NCBI GenBank assembly: GCA_012295275.1
Contig: CM022672.1
Location: 2,728,001-2,792,000 of the forward strand
Length of the DNA: 64,000 bases
From: Chrysomallon squamiferum
Lineage: Eukaryota > Animalia > Mollusca
Reading direction: 5' to 3'
The position numbers and the translations under genes are program-made. Positions 1 to 13,617 of this stretch are shown in pieces (position 1 is the stretch's first letter; every line of letters starts with the position of its first letter). The notes beneath the pieces were generated by a model. It was not told where the DNA came from and made no database searches. It saw nothing but the letters and a program-made list of their open reading frames with translations.

Positions 1-338
1 ATAATACGATTACATTCCTATAATATTATTATTCTTTCGAAAAGTAATTTTCATTTAAGATGAACTTTTTATTTTATTAGCACATAGTGACAGCAACAGC
101 AACAGCAGACGTGGTAGTAGTAGTAGTAGTACATATTTAACAGGGAATTAGAGCTTGTGTAACTAAAAGGAAGAAATCCTTTATGCTGTATTTCCGTAAG
201 TACGGCATACCAGAGGTAAAACGTTTTGCAGACTTTAATAAAATAAAGAGCAAGTCAGAATCAAATTAATAATAAATTTCGCGTTAATGACGACTCTCGG
301 ACATTCAAATGTTTTTGTTCCTTCTTATTTATTAATTA

Positions 339-390
<52 letters not shown>

Positions 391-1326
391 TTATTTTATT
401 TTATTTTTTTTTTATTATTATTATTTTCTTACCCATGTTCTTAGAATATCAAAGGGACGTTACTCTTGTTGGTTTGATACCCAAATTTAATTTGTAAGTT
501 AATTATAAGACTTCAGTCTTTATTTCAGCGCGGAAAGAAATAAGAATGAATGAATTAATAATTCAATTAATTGGCTAATTTTCACTTTTTGTTCATTCAT
601 TTATTCTTTAATACATTTTAAAATTTCAAAGTTTGGGTGAGATGCTGGCTATAGGTTGATTTCAGTGCTCATGCGCACGCTATTTTTAAAATTTATTTCT
701 TTTCTTTGAATTTGCGTCATACAACTGTCTGACAACGGAAAACGGCCGTTAACGAAACGTTATTTTTAAATTGTGGAATTTCCAAAAGCTGGATACGTTA
801 AAATTATTTGGGAATGTTTTACATGTAATCATTACAGTGCCGATATGTATTTTACACATAATTAGCGATACCTAAAAGTTAAATTAATCTAATTATTTAC
901 TGTAAAATAATCTTATACCCTTATTCATTACAAAATGCCACTTAAATAATAACAATAAATATAAAAAATAATTAAAGAACAAAATAAAATAAAATAAAAT
1001 AAAATAAAATAAAATAAAATAAATATTTTCCAGGAATTGATGAGAAATACGTTCAAAAGATCTATATAATCAGGAAAAATTTGCATTTAATTATTTAATT
1101 TTATTGGACTGTAAAAGACCAATTAATTAATAATAATAATAATAAAAATATATATATATATAAAATAAAAAAGCAAAGCAAAAAATCCTGAAGAAACAAA
1201 ACAAAACAATAAAACAAACGACAGAGAAACAGAAATGACATTCAGGTGATAAAACAAATTTTTTAAATTAGCACTACATTTAGACAAGACTGTAACTGAC
1301 AGACAATTCTCTTTTGTACACAAACA

Positions 1327-1480
<154 letters not shown>

Positions 1481-2083
1481 GTAATGGTATCAGTAACTGG
1501 ATTCCAAATGATCGTTAGCATATATTATTTACTTTATCTTTATACAAATATTCACTGATTCATTTTAAAAATACACTTCTCTGCATAACAAGTCTAAACT
1601 GTTAATATTAAGTTTATTGCATCGATCCACGTTCATTGTTGTTGTTATTTATTTATTTTATTTATTTATTTATTTATTTGTTTCATTTATTTATTTATTT
1701 TATTTTATTTTATTTATTTATTTATTATTATTATTATTATTATTTATTATTTTATTATTATTTTTAATTTTATTTAATTTTATTTTTTTTTGTATCTATA
1801 ATGAAACAAGACAGATTTTTCTTTTAATCTCAAAAGCTATATTTGCTACAATTACATTAAAACCTTCTTTTCAACTGTTCTGGTATACTTCTGAAAACGT
1901 TTTAACGGTATTAAAAAAAAAAATAAAAAAAAATAAAAAAATAATAATAGTAATAAAATAAATTTAAAAAAACAACAAAAAACCAAATTTTTTATTTTTT
2001 TTTGGATACAGATTCTCAATAAAAAAAACAGCATCTGTCCTGTTTTTCGTGATAAACCTTGAAATACATCATCAGTGATATTA

Positions 2084-2092
2084 TGTGTGTGT

Positions 2093-2188
<96 letters not shown>
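2084..2188. repeat. (GT)n microsatellite
   Basis: Direct observation; others at ~6049-6122, 16812-16855, 40748-40827, 46868-46972 and 47096-47140. Confidence 0.98.
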
Positions 2189-2191
<3 letters not shown>

Positions 2192-2488
2192 TAACCCTGT
2201 ATCTAAATGAACTGTAAGGCTGTGGAAACTTGGCCGTTAGTTATCACAGTAATTATTTGACAGCGTCAACCGCAGTCCCCGCAGTCGAGAACTCAGAGGT
2301 GTCGGTAACTGAGTGGAGGACACGACGTGCAGAACGTTCAGAAAGAACAATGCCGTCTGCTTCTACTATTTCAACAGAGTTTCACATCAGGGAAAACGCT
2401 GCTTTAATTAGTCCAGACCCTTTTGCAGACGACTTTAACTGCACGTGGGTCCCGTTCGATTGTTTGCAGCCAAGTAGTACTGTCTTAG

Positions 2489-2527
<39 letters not shown>

Positions 2528-3006
2528 CTCTGACGTCAATCATACGGAAACGAAATCCGATCAAAGATCTTCGTAAACGCCGACAGTTTCGGAGGACGCG
2601 AGTGTTGAGTGTTGACCGGTTAATTCCCGCTGAAAGAAAAGGCAGAAGCTTCTTACCAGTTTTGAGGAGCAGAAATACCAAAGTTTATGTTCAGTTCATA
2701 TTAATGATTGAGGAGGAAGAAGAATCAAAGTATGACAAGGAAAAGATAAAATTTATCAAACTGATACTATTCTGGTAATAATGATGATAAATGATGATTG
2801 CGATGATGATTATGATGATGATGATGACGATGACGATGACGAAATATAAAGAAGCAAAACCGATGAAATCTTTCTGATACTGTTTTGTCGCCTATAATAA
2901 TAATTATGATAATAAATGAAAGATTAATTAAATACATAAGGTTGCTGTTCATGTTGCTAAGATGACAATGTTGTCATTCTGATAATAAATATATAACGAG
3001 ATAACG

Positions 3007-3098
<92 letters not shown>

Positions 3099-3313
3099 AT
3101 GTATGTATGTGTATATGTGTGTGTGTGTATATGAGACAAAATGTTAAGCAGTGTAAACGTTAATCAAAGCTATCATCAAATTACAGGTATTTGAAAATGA
3201 TGCTTTTCTTCTGATTTTTATATCATCATCATCATCGTCATTATTACTATTATTATTGTTGTTGTTGTTGTTGTTGTTGTTATCATTATTATTAGTTGTT
3301 GTTGTTGTTGTTG

Positions 3314-3345
<32 letters not shown>

Positions 3346-3656
3346 TAAAGGCAACCGATATTTATTCTCTTTTAACTATACAGATACATGTTATTTTTAA
3401 ATTCTTCTTCTTCTTTTTTCTTTTTTTTTCTTCTAATTATAACCATAATCATTTTCTTCTTCTTCTTTTTCTTATATGCAGCAGATGTCTGTTTCTTTCT
3501 AATTATACTTATTCCATCTCGACAATTACTTATTCAAAAATGGAGTTTTAAAATTTCTTGTTCCCTCCCTCTTTTTGATTTTCTACTACAATATATAATA
3601 TAGCACTTAGTTTTATAGCGACATACAAACAAACATACATATATATATATTTATAT

Positions 3657-3737
<81 letters not shown>

Positions 3738-4195
3738 TTAATGTTATTCTGATTAAAGTTTTCCAGGCCGCACCAGATGTCTTATTTCTAAACAAAGGTC
3801 ATCAAGAAGAAGCTTATTCAACAACGACGTCGTTATTACATCGAATGAGTAAAAGCAAAGAAATGTTTTACTTACGAAGCATTTAATACGTATTTCCATC
3901 AGCTGTTATAAGGCGTTGTTTTTTGAAGTATTTAAATATAGATTTATGTTAACGGCGGCGTAACAGTCTATAATTACGCGACTATTTACTTTACTGGCAG
4001 CGAGTATTTTCAGGTCTTGCAATCGTCTTACTTTATTTCTAATTAACGGTGAGAGAAAAGGCAAACACAATTAATCTGTTTGCATTCATTCACCTGTAAT
4101 GTTTTTTCTATTAAAATACTCGAAAATAGGTCTAAATACGAAGTTATTACCTTCATTTTGTTTAATGATACAAAATAATTTATTTCTAACAGTAA

Positions 4196-4233
<38 letters not shown>

Positions 4234-5433
4234 CATTATCTGACAAGATAATATTTGTTAAACATTAATCGCTCACTCACAACGGAATAACATTAACACA
4301 GACAATGAAAATATATGAATATGGTCATAAAACTCTTATAAACAAAAAATCAATATTTATAACAGATTTTTATTTCGTTTTATAAAATTGACACCATTTT
4401 CGTATCAATTATATTTTATTTACCAAAATGTGAGGAAATGTACTCAGATAAAATTGAACACAATTTTTGAATATACAGTTATAATACGCATGCATACTCC
4501 ACAAACACACTAACACAAGCATAACCTTACATATATTTAGCAGATTTTGTCATGCAGGGTGATTAAACCACATGACTGAGACATGACAGATCGGAGGATC
4601 AACTCTTCACGATTCATCGCTCTAATGGCTGTTCAGTTCAGTCTGTTCAGCTGAGTATCCTACGTTTTGGGGGAAGGCGCATATCTCAGATCATTTCTTG
4701 CTTTTCCAAAAATATATATAAAATGGCGGCAGGAAGCTGTCTTTCTAATATACACATACGTCTGGCACGAAGTGAAATGACTAAAGATATAGATGTAATT
4801 AATTTCTCAGACATTAAGCGAACATCTTCGCACTTCTTCGCATAGTTAATCACAGGTTGCAGGGAGCTAACTCTTTGTTTTCTATCGCGAATAAAATTTC
4901 GAAGCGCGTACTGACGCCTGTATCAGATGACAGATTTAACGCCCCTGTTTTGACTCTTCACTTGCTATTAATTAACTCCCTAATGCAAGCAGCATATGGG
5001 TGCGTGGTTTGCATAACTTCTCCTAGCGTCATAGACGAATATAAACAAAATAATTAATTGAACTGACATTTTCCTTCCTGTATGAAGATATAAGTCAGCA
5101 GTAAATAAGATAATTTATACAGCAGACTTTGCCACGGTATAGATTTAGTTTAGTGTTAACATATAAATCTTCATTATAGTTCTTTGACTTTTTGATTCTT
5201 TCATCCACTTTTTATTTTAATATTAATTTATTTATATTTTATGAGGACTAAACAGAAGAAGAAGAAAAGAGAAGAAGAAGAAGAAGAAGAAAAATAAGAA
5301 GAAAAAAGATTGTGAAGAAAACAAATAAACAATAAAATGATGATGATGATGACTGTGAGTATAGAGTCACATATGCTGGTATTTTTTCCTATGTTCGTGT
5401 CATGAGTTTGTATGTGTTATTCAGTAGAGACAG

Positions 5434-5535
<102 letters not shown>

Positions 5536-6045
5536 CTGTGTTAATATCTACGTATAAATGCAATTTTTCTTTTTTTTCTTTTTTTCTGAAATCGTCTTCA
5601 GTCACGTTCTACGACAAACCAAATTTTGCTTCAGGTGATATTTTTTTTATTTTTTTTTTTTTTTTTTTTTTTTTTTCTTTTTCTTTCTACGGTTTAATCA
5701 TTTGGTTCTTGTCGCGCAAAGCGAAAAATTCCTCAGACGATTAACCGTAACGCACTGGCCATCAAAACACTACTGGGGGTCCAGATTTCAGCCAAGTGCT
5801 GGGAATCTGCTAATTGCTCGTTCTGGATCGTGCGACAGCAATTATCCCGGAATAACATTTTAATGGTATCTGTCACGCACTTGGTAAAAGATAAATCGAC
5901 ATAAGAAAGACTGCCCTTTGGTCAGACTTTATTTTTAAAGAACTACGGGGGGGTCGGTCAAATAGAGCGGTGGGTGGGCTGGGTGCTGTCGTACTAAGCG
6001 ATGTGTACTGTGGGTGATAAATGCTAGGTAATGTGGTCTTGGGTG

Positions 6046-6113
<68 letters not shown>

Positions 6114-6771
6114 TGTGTGTGTATTGTGTTTGTATCGAGAGTAGTATGAATAGCATAAATTGTATTTTCAACGATCGAAAGAATTTTTTTTTTATTTGTT
6201 GGTTTTTATTATTATTATTATTATTATACTCCTTTTTAAACGTTTTCTAAAATTATATTTGTGCTAAAATTCTACGATAAAAATAATTAAATGAATACCG
6301 ATTTAATGACAACTCATTTTGACATTATTCACTTATTCCAGATAATAGCTTGTAAATTTTTTTTTTTTTTTTTTTTTTTTACCTCTCTCCATATTCTACT
6401 TGTCATCAATAATGAAACATGTTATACAAACTGCAAAAAACAAGGCGTTTTGATCAAACGTCATGTGACAATCTGTGAAATATTCAACAGGGCGCCAGCT
6501 CGATGTTTGACACTCAGAAAAATAAAACTGTAGCCAGTGTATACAGCTAATTCTTTTCTTTTATTAATAAAACAGTAATATGAGAACCATATGTAGAGTC
6601 ATTAAAATCTTGTGAATTGTATTGAGTGCCTGATATATTTATATGAATGCACTTGTCTGATTATGTGTATGAGGTTTATGTGTGTTTGCGAGATTATAAT
6701 TATAAAGGTATGCGTAAGTGTTTTTATTTGTATGTGAGTTTTCTATCTAAATTATAATACTGAAATAAACG

Positions 6772-6814
<43 letters not shown>

Positions 6815-7272
6815 TTAAACATTAATTCTGAAAAATGATGTATACGTTTGCACTAAGAAACATTCAAACTAAAATAGAACTAATTAAATCGTAGTCTAAC
6901 CTATTTGGTTTCGGAAGATTCATTTATTTGAAACTTGAATGTAATTTGTCTGAAACTTTACGCAGTTTCTTAATAATTTTTTTAACTGTTTTGAACCATC
7001 GTGTCTGTAAATTACTTTGAAGGTTACTTTAATGTGTTTTCTTTGAAATAAAATACTGTCTTCTGTTGTCTTCAGCGAATTTTCTGCTTGATTTTATTTT
7101 TAATTACTTCTGATATAGAGAACAGGGTTACACCATTAATAACTTAATTATGTTATCTTGTTTTGAAATCCGCACATCTATGTTTTGAAAACAACATGTG
7201 TATGAATGTGTTCATGTATATATGTATATGTTTGTGTGTGTATGTGTGTATGTGTGTATGTGTATATATATA

Positions 7273-7305
<33 letters not shown>

Positions 7306-7460
7306 GTTACGTAAAATTTGAAAATTAGTAATAAAATAAATTAAACACGAAACAAAAATGAGAAACATTACACTGATGTAGTTTTTTATTATTTTGTTTA
7401 TTGATTAATAATTAATTAATTAGTTTGTTGGGTTTTTTTGTTTTGTTTGTTTATTTATTT

Positions 7461-7492
<32 letters not shown>

Positions 7493-8089
7493 TATCATCA
7501 TCATTATTATTATTATTATTATGATCATCATCATTATTATTATTATTATTATTTGATTAATTCTCGTTATTTTAAAAGTTGCGTACGATCAGTGTTTGTG
7601 ATTTAAAAATACAGTATTGCCACTTAACAGGAATATGTCTGTGCCGTTTAATTTTCAGTATCTGGAAATAGCTGTCATCATTGTTTTACTTCAGACAGTC
7701 TGTATAAAAATAACAGGACTCAGCCATCTGGATAAACATCTTCTAAAATTATTTCTGTCACCTCAGATGGAATTACTGAACAAGAATTTCGTAAGCATTT
7801 ATAAAATAAATAATTTTTTTGGATGCTAAACTTACGATCTGTATTTATAAAAGTGTTTATATTTAACCCAATAAGAGCAAAAATAAAAATACACTGATGG
7901 CAAATACTGCATAACTGTATGTGAGTATGTGTGTATGTCTGTCTGTCTGTAGTTTTGGATGGATTTATGTATGTATGTATGGAATTATGTATGTATGTAT
8001 GTATGTATTTATGTATGTATGTATGTGTGTATGTATGTATGTATGTATGTATGTATCAATCTATCAATTATATGTATATATATAGCAAT

Positions 8090-8172
<83 letters not shown>

Positions 8173-9509
8173 GTATATATGATAATAAGGTTTCGAAGTA
8201 AAGATCAGGTTTCTTCTTTCTTATTTCATAAAAGATACTGAAACTTTAAACAACGATCTTTTGTTAATCCTATTTTTTCAATAATCTACGTTTATATCCA
8301 TGTCTGTTGTCTTTCTGTTTTTCTTCTTTTCATTAATTTCTTTTTCTTTCTGATGCAGGTGTAGATAGCTAGGATGACAGCAGGCAGGCACATGTGTGTA
8401 TGTTCAGTTTTGTATTATCTGCTTTTCCTAACCCCCTACCTTTTCACTGATAAGCAGAGGAACAGATAGATATATGCATTTACAGATATCAGATACAGAC
8501 CACACGGAATATGTTTATTTAAATACACGCACAAACAATTTGTCTTTTCGTGTCTGTGAAATATAGAGTGTTTAGAGATATACTTGCCATGTCTGTAAAA
8601 AAAAGTATAATACAGTATTAAATTAAATAAACCATCATTCAAGCAAAGGTATACATTTCTTTTTATCTTTTTAATCATTTTATTTTTATTTCTGTTTATA
8701 ATTATTTTTTTGTTTTTTTTTGTTTTATTGCTAGTTTCATTTCGTATGTAAACATAAATATATTGTTTTGTTTAAAAAAAAATTATCTCAGTAACACACG
8801 CGAAGTGGTCTGTGAGATTATTCGTTCTTTTTTTAAAGAAATTTTTTTAATTTGTTTTGTTACTTTTTTATGGGACGATACTGTATATATATATATATAT
8901 AATAAAATAACATGAAGGTTAACAATTGTTTATTTATTACCAAGGAAAGGAAAGAAGAGAAAGTGTAGAGAGAGAGAAAGACTGAAAAACAGCCAGTCAT
9001 TGAGTGAGTCTTAGACTGGAGGGGTGCATAAAACCATTGACAATGTGTTTTAACATATTTGTTGGGTCTATAAAATTCTTTTGAAACCATATACACTTAT
9101 CGTAACGACCGACGTAATACTTTTATTTCCCTTGGCCTTTCCACATTCACAGAAGGTAACACCATGTAGCTGTTTGATGTGCTATCAGTTTGAATGACAT
9201 GAAATAAAGTTACATCCATTTTGGCTACCATATACACATAAATCTTTCTGGTGGCAGCTTTCGCTTGCTTTGGCTTGCTGTTATGATGCTCAACCATCGG
9301 TGTCAAGACTAGAAGGTAGCTGAATCGCATCCAAGAATCTGACTCATAATTCTAACTAGTTCAAAGTTTTTTAACGTGATTTATGAATTCTTTACGCCAA
9401 AACTGTTAGTATCGATATTACGACCTTTATGTTCCTGATGTCGTTGTTACTTTTTACCATTGCATTTTTTGTTGTTGTTGTTGTTGTTGTTCTTCTTCTT
9501 CTTCCGTTA

Positions 9510-9642
9510 TTACTACTACTACAACAACAAGTGCTATTACTATTAGTACAACAAGAACAACTACTACTGCTGCTGCTACTGCTACTGATACTGCTGCAAT
9601 CACAACAACCGCACTACTAGCAAAACTCTAATATTACGGTTT

Positions 9643-9686
<44 letters not shown>

Positions 9687-9924
9687 TACAACGATCAACC
9701 GTATAATCGTATATTTATATACAAACATTAATTTAGTTAGTATTTTATACAAAATGGTTCAGTAAACTATAGTTATAGTAATCAGTTTGAGATCACGTTT
9801 AATCATTTGACATATTAATGTTTTTCCCGTCTTGAAGTATCACTTGTGGGACTGTTAAAAGAATTTTCATAATATTCAGATATGTTTTCACATCTAAACC
9901 TGATCTAGAATGTAATAGCAGTAG

Positions 9925-9956
<32 letters not shown>

Positions 9957-10035
9957 GGAGTAGTAGTGATAATAGTAGTAACAGTAGTTGTTGTAGTAGT
10001 ATTAGTGATAGTAGTAGTAATAGCAGTAGTAGTAA
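9510..10035 (+). repeat. Dispersed ~200-bp repeat (core 9716-9915) flanked by (CTA)n and (TAG/CAG)n, copy A
   Basis: The core aligns by eye with the reverse complement of 36678-36880. Shared blocks include TATACAAACATTAATTTAG, AAATGGTTCAGTAAAC, TCAGTTTGAG, TTGACATATTA, CGTCTTGAA and ATAATATTCAGAT. Confidence 0.85.
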
Positions 10036-10135
10036 AATGCAAACGTAGATGTGTAAAATCATTTGTTATAGCGGGACAAATAACGTAATTAATGTTTTAA
10101 CTCGATAATTAATTAAAGAAAGGACAAATGAGTTA

Positions 10136-10179
<44 letters not shown>

Positions 10180-10912
10180 CATAATAATCATAATAATCAT
10201 AATAATCAAAATAATAATAATAGTAACAATAACAGCATTAATAAGAAGAAGGACAAGAAGAACAACGAAGATAATAAATAAATGAATAAGGTCAAAAAAA
10301 AACTTAAATAAATAAATAGGGTAAGAAACTGAATGCTTTGATGAATTATAAAAAGAAGGAAAAGTGAAAAAAAAAAAAAAAAAAAAAAAAAAATAAAATA
10401 AAATAAAATAAAATAAAATAAACCAAAAAAAAAAAAAAAAAAAAAAAAAAAAGGAAAAAAGATTAATAAAAAATAAAATTAAAAAAAATGAAATAAAAAA
10501 TAATAAAAAATATACAAGTAATAGCCTCTTTAATTTTAAACCAACTGACCCCAGACTTTATTAGCTATTTAATTTACCTTGTTTGTCTTGACGAAGAGCT
10601 GTATTAAACTGGGACTGCCCGTCACTGTAGGTTCAAACATCCTTTCCGCAAACGCGTTTTTACACACTAATAATTTAAAAATATACATTCAAGCGATACG
10701 GTAAAGTCACATTGTAATTAAAATAAATAGTATCATAAAACGAAAAAGACTTTAAACGTTTTGTATGAATGATCCTCTATTGGTTTTAAGTACATGGAAA
10801 ACTGGTTCTGATTTGTCTAAATTCTGACATATTTATTTATGTTAATAAGAAATTTAACTGAGAGAAAGACGGCAAGATGGGATAAAATTAAGAAGATTTA
10901 AATAGATAGTGA

Positions 10913-10944
<32 letters not shown>

Positions 10945-11988
10945 ATGTTATAAAACATGCTGCTAGATTCCAAACGCTAAGACATGCGCACGCACGCAAA
11001 CAAACAAACAAAAAAAAAAAAAAAAAAAAAAACGGAAAATGAAAATATGTAGAGACCAAGATTAGGCAAAGATTTAACCAGTATTTCAAAATATTTCAAT
11101 AAAAGTCGAAAATATATCATATTTTATTTTATTTTATATGAGAGCATTGTCAACAATTTTTTACCTTCTGCAGAAACGATGTGCCAGTATCTGGTACAGA
11201 AATCATGTTGTACATGATATATTATACGTGAAACACAGATTATTATTATGTTCTGAAGTAATGTTCATTAAGAACTGTAGTAAAATGTCCAATCATGAAG
11301 TATCAGATTCTAATGAAAGTTTTGTTGTAATTAGAATTAATATATGTTTCCATATCCTTTAGGATTCAAAACCGTTGTTTGCTGTTTGTTCATTAATGGT
11401 TTTGAACATTAGTGAAACGTTAGATTCTAAAGTCCATTGTTGTGGATATAAGAGATGATAAATACATTGGATCCTACTCCTTTATCGATATTTTTAAAAT
11501 GCAGTAATATATTCTGTTTGAAAATAATGTATAACAAGCACTGTATTTATATACAAGAATAAAACTGCTTTAATTTCAGTTTTTAGTGAAACGTCTATAC
11601 ATTTTTTGTTTCACATGTTTTTAAATTATATAAACAAATTTTAATATGAAGGCCACACTCGTAGATCGGGAAAAAAGAATAACTGGAAAAAAAAAAAAAA
11701 TAATAATAATAAAATAAAAGGACAGACAGATAATAATAATAACTGGCCAGGTTATATGTCTGGTAAAACACAATCTGTTTTACAATTTTAATAATTTATA
11801 ATTCTCTCAATTCCGTACATTCTCGTATCAGCAGGATGTTCTTCTTTATTATTATCTTTTTTTTTTTTATTATCTTGTTTTTTTTTGTGCAAAGTATTGT
11901 ATTGTGACTAATTCCTCACAAGTACCAATCCTATTTCCTTGAATTTCCAACAAACGCTCGTCTTGTACTGGAAATAATTCATCGATAA

Positions 11989-13068
11989 TTAATTTGTTTG
12001 ATTTACATTTTCATTAGCTATCTGTGACGTGATGTTTTCTATAGAATGTCTAACCAGTGTCCTGCTGGCTTGAGGAGCGCACGTGTGTGTGTTTTTCTTG
12101 CGCCAGCAGCACTTGAAAAGTAGACAATAGGCCTTTTGGAAAGGATGACTGAAAACGTAGTAAAGAACAGGATTCATCATCGAGTTAGTGTAGCCGAGCC
12201 AATCGGCGAGAATGTTAAGAATGACCGGGGCCTTGTAGCCAATCAGAGGGTCGATTAGATTGATCGAAAACAGCGGAAACCAACAGACGCAGTAGCAGCC
12301 CATCACGATGCCTATAGTTTTGGCCGCTTTCAGGTCCTGTCGAAAATGTCGGTTTGCTTTTGAATTGTTCTCCCTTTGTGTAGTCGTGAAGTTGTTTTTG
12401 AACTTGTTGTGCTCTTTCGCAGCTTTGTAAATTTTCCAGTAGCAGCCAACCATCAGAAACGTCGGGATGTAGAACGAAATGGGCATCGAATAAAGCGTGA
12501 AGGGCACGTTTATTATGACGAAACATCCAGACGAACAGAAGACGAAGTCACGAATCCCGGAATGGTGAAGATCTAAGGACATTGGCACCACGAAGGCTAC
12601 AAGGGGAATAACCCAGCAGGCGCCGAACATCAACGCCACCGTCCTCTGACGTATTCTCTCGCGAACGAACGGCTTGCAGATGGCCAGGTACCGGTCGAAG
12701 GTCAAACACAGGAGGTTCATGACGGACGCCGTGCTGAAAACAACGTCCAGGATGTTGACCACGGAACACATCACTCTAGGCAGGACCCAGTCGAATTCTC
12801 GTAAGTGATTGTAAGCGCGGAAAGGCATCACCCCGATGGCCACGCCCATGTCAGCCAGGGCCAGGGAGACGATGAAGGCGTGGGCTTTGGTTCTCATGTG
12901 CTTGAAACGAATCACGACAAGAATGACGAGACCGTTCCCAAGCAGGGTGAGAAGGGGAAGCAGTACTAGGAGTCCGTTAACCAGGTACTGCCAGCCTCCT
13001 GACAGAGGAGGCGGAGGAGCCGGCCACTTAGCCAGGACTGCGGGGCAGTCGATGCTGTGGTTATCCAT
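11989..13068 (-). CDS. Class A (rhodopsin-like) biogenic-amine GPCR, 5-HT4/trace-amine-associated-receptor-like, intronless CDS, 359 aa
   Basis: Seven hydrophobic segments with canonical motifs: GN (TM1), SLALAD (TM2), D3.32 in LDVVFSTAS, DRY, W4.50, SFYIP (TM5), KAAKTIGIVMG..CWFPLF (TM6), WLGYTNSMMNPVLY (TM7). It also has an N-terminal N-glycosylation sequon (NHS) and a C-terminal CC. The TM6-ECL3 'NLIDP' and the ECL2/TM5 pattern resemble 5-HT4/TAAR. The exact subfamily cannot be determined by eye. Confidence 0.95.
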   Translation of the reverse strand: MDNHSIDCPAVLAKWPAPPPPLSGGWQYLVNGLLVLLPLLTLLGNGLVILVVIRFKHMRTKAHAFIVSLALADMGVAIGVMPFRAYNHLREFDWVLPRVMCSVVNILDVVFSTASVMNLLCLTFDRYLAICKPFVRERIRQRTVALMFGACWVIPLVAFVVPMSLDLHHSGIRDFVFCSSGCFVIINVPFTLYSMPISFYIPTFLMVGCYWKIYKAAKEHNKFKNNFTTTQRENNSKANRHFRQDLKAAKTIGIVMGCYCVCWFPLFSINLIDPLIGYKAPVILNILADWLGYTNSMMNPVLYYVFSHPFQKAYCLLFKCCWRKKNTHTCAPQASRTLVRHSIENITSQIANENVNQTN

Positions 13069-13086
13069 CGGGTCGACCCGGTTGTG

Positions 13087-13122
13087 TCAGCTGGAAGTGA
13101 TGACCTCGTCTGCGTCTCGCAT
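13087..13122 (-). promoter_or_regulatory. uORF2 of GPCR leader (MRDADEVITSS*)
   Basis: ATG CGA GAC GCA GAC GAG GTC ATC ACT TCC AGC TGA; in frame with the main ORF, with its stop 18 nt before the main ATG. Confidence 0.6.
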
Positions 13123-13125
13123 TTG

Positions 13126-13158
13126 TTACACTCTCCGAAATCCGGTTACACCCGACAT
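13126..13158 (-). promoter_or_regulatory. uORF1 of GPCR leader (MSGVTGFRRV*)
   Basis: ATG TCG GGT GTA ACC GGA TTT CGG AGA GTG TAA; starts 90 nt upstream of the main ATG and is in frame with it. Confidence 0.6.
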
Positions 13159-13210
13159 AGGTTGTCCTGTGAGAAAGCTGAAAAAAAAAAAAATTTGAAT
13201 AATAATAATG

Positions 13211-13269
<59 letters not shown>

Positions 13270-13376
13270 CAAATAAATAAACGAACATCTCCATAAAATA
13301 ACAACGGATTAATGCATACGACCTCTAAAAAAAAAAAAATAAAAAAAAAAAAAAAAAATAATAATAATAATAATAA

Positions 13377-13428
<52 letters not shown>

Positions 13429-13433
13429 AAATA

Positions 13434-13488
<55 letters not shown>

Positions 13489-13586
13489 GATTAAAGAAAC
13501 TGAACTAAAAAGAAAGTAAACTGAAAGAACAAAAATGATATCAAAATGCAAAACCATCAATACCAAATAAAAAGCAATAAAATGCA

Positions 13587-13617
<31 letters not shown>

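Larger units (their letters stand above)
13069..13195 (-). other. 5'UTR part of the GPCR coding exon and its splice acceptor (exon starts at 13177)
   Basis: The minus strand reads poly-T-CAG|CTTTCTCACAGG..., with AG at 13179-13178 after a long T tract. This implies at least one upstream non-coding exon. Confidence 0.7.

Noticed and set aside
5946-5984. G-run cluster, possible G-quadruplex
   Set aside because: It needs an 18-nt loop; weak, and there is no functional context.
12215-13198. Overlapping and antisense ORFs over the GPCR
   Set aside because: Expected shadows of a GC-rich CDS; no independent motifs.
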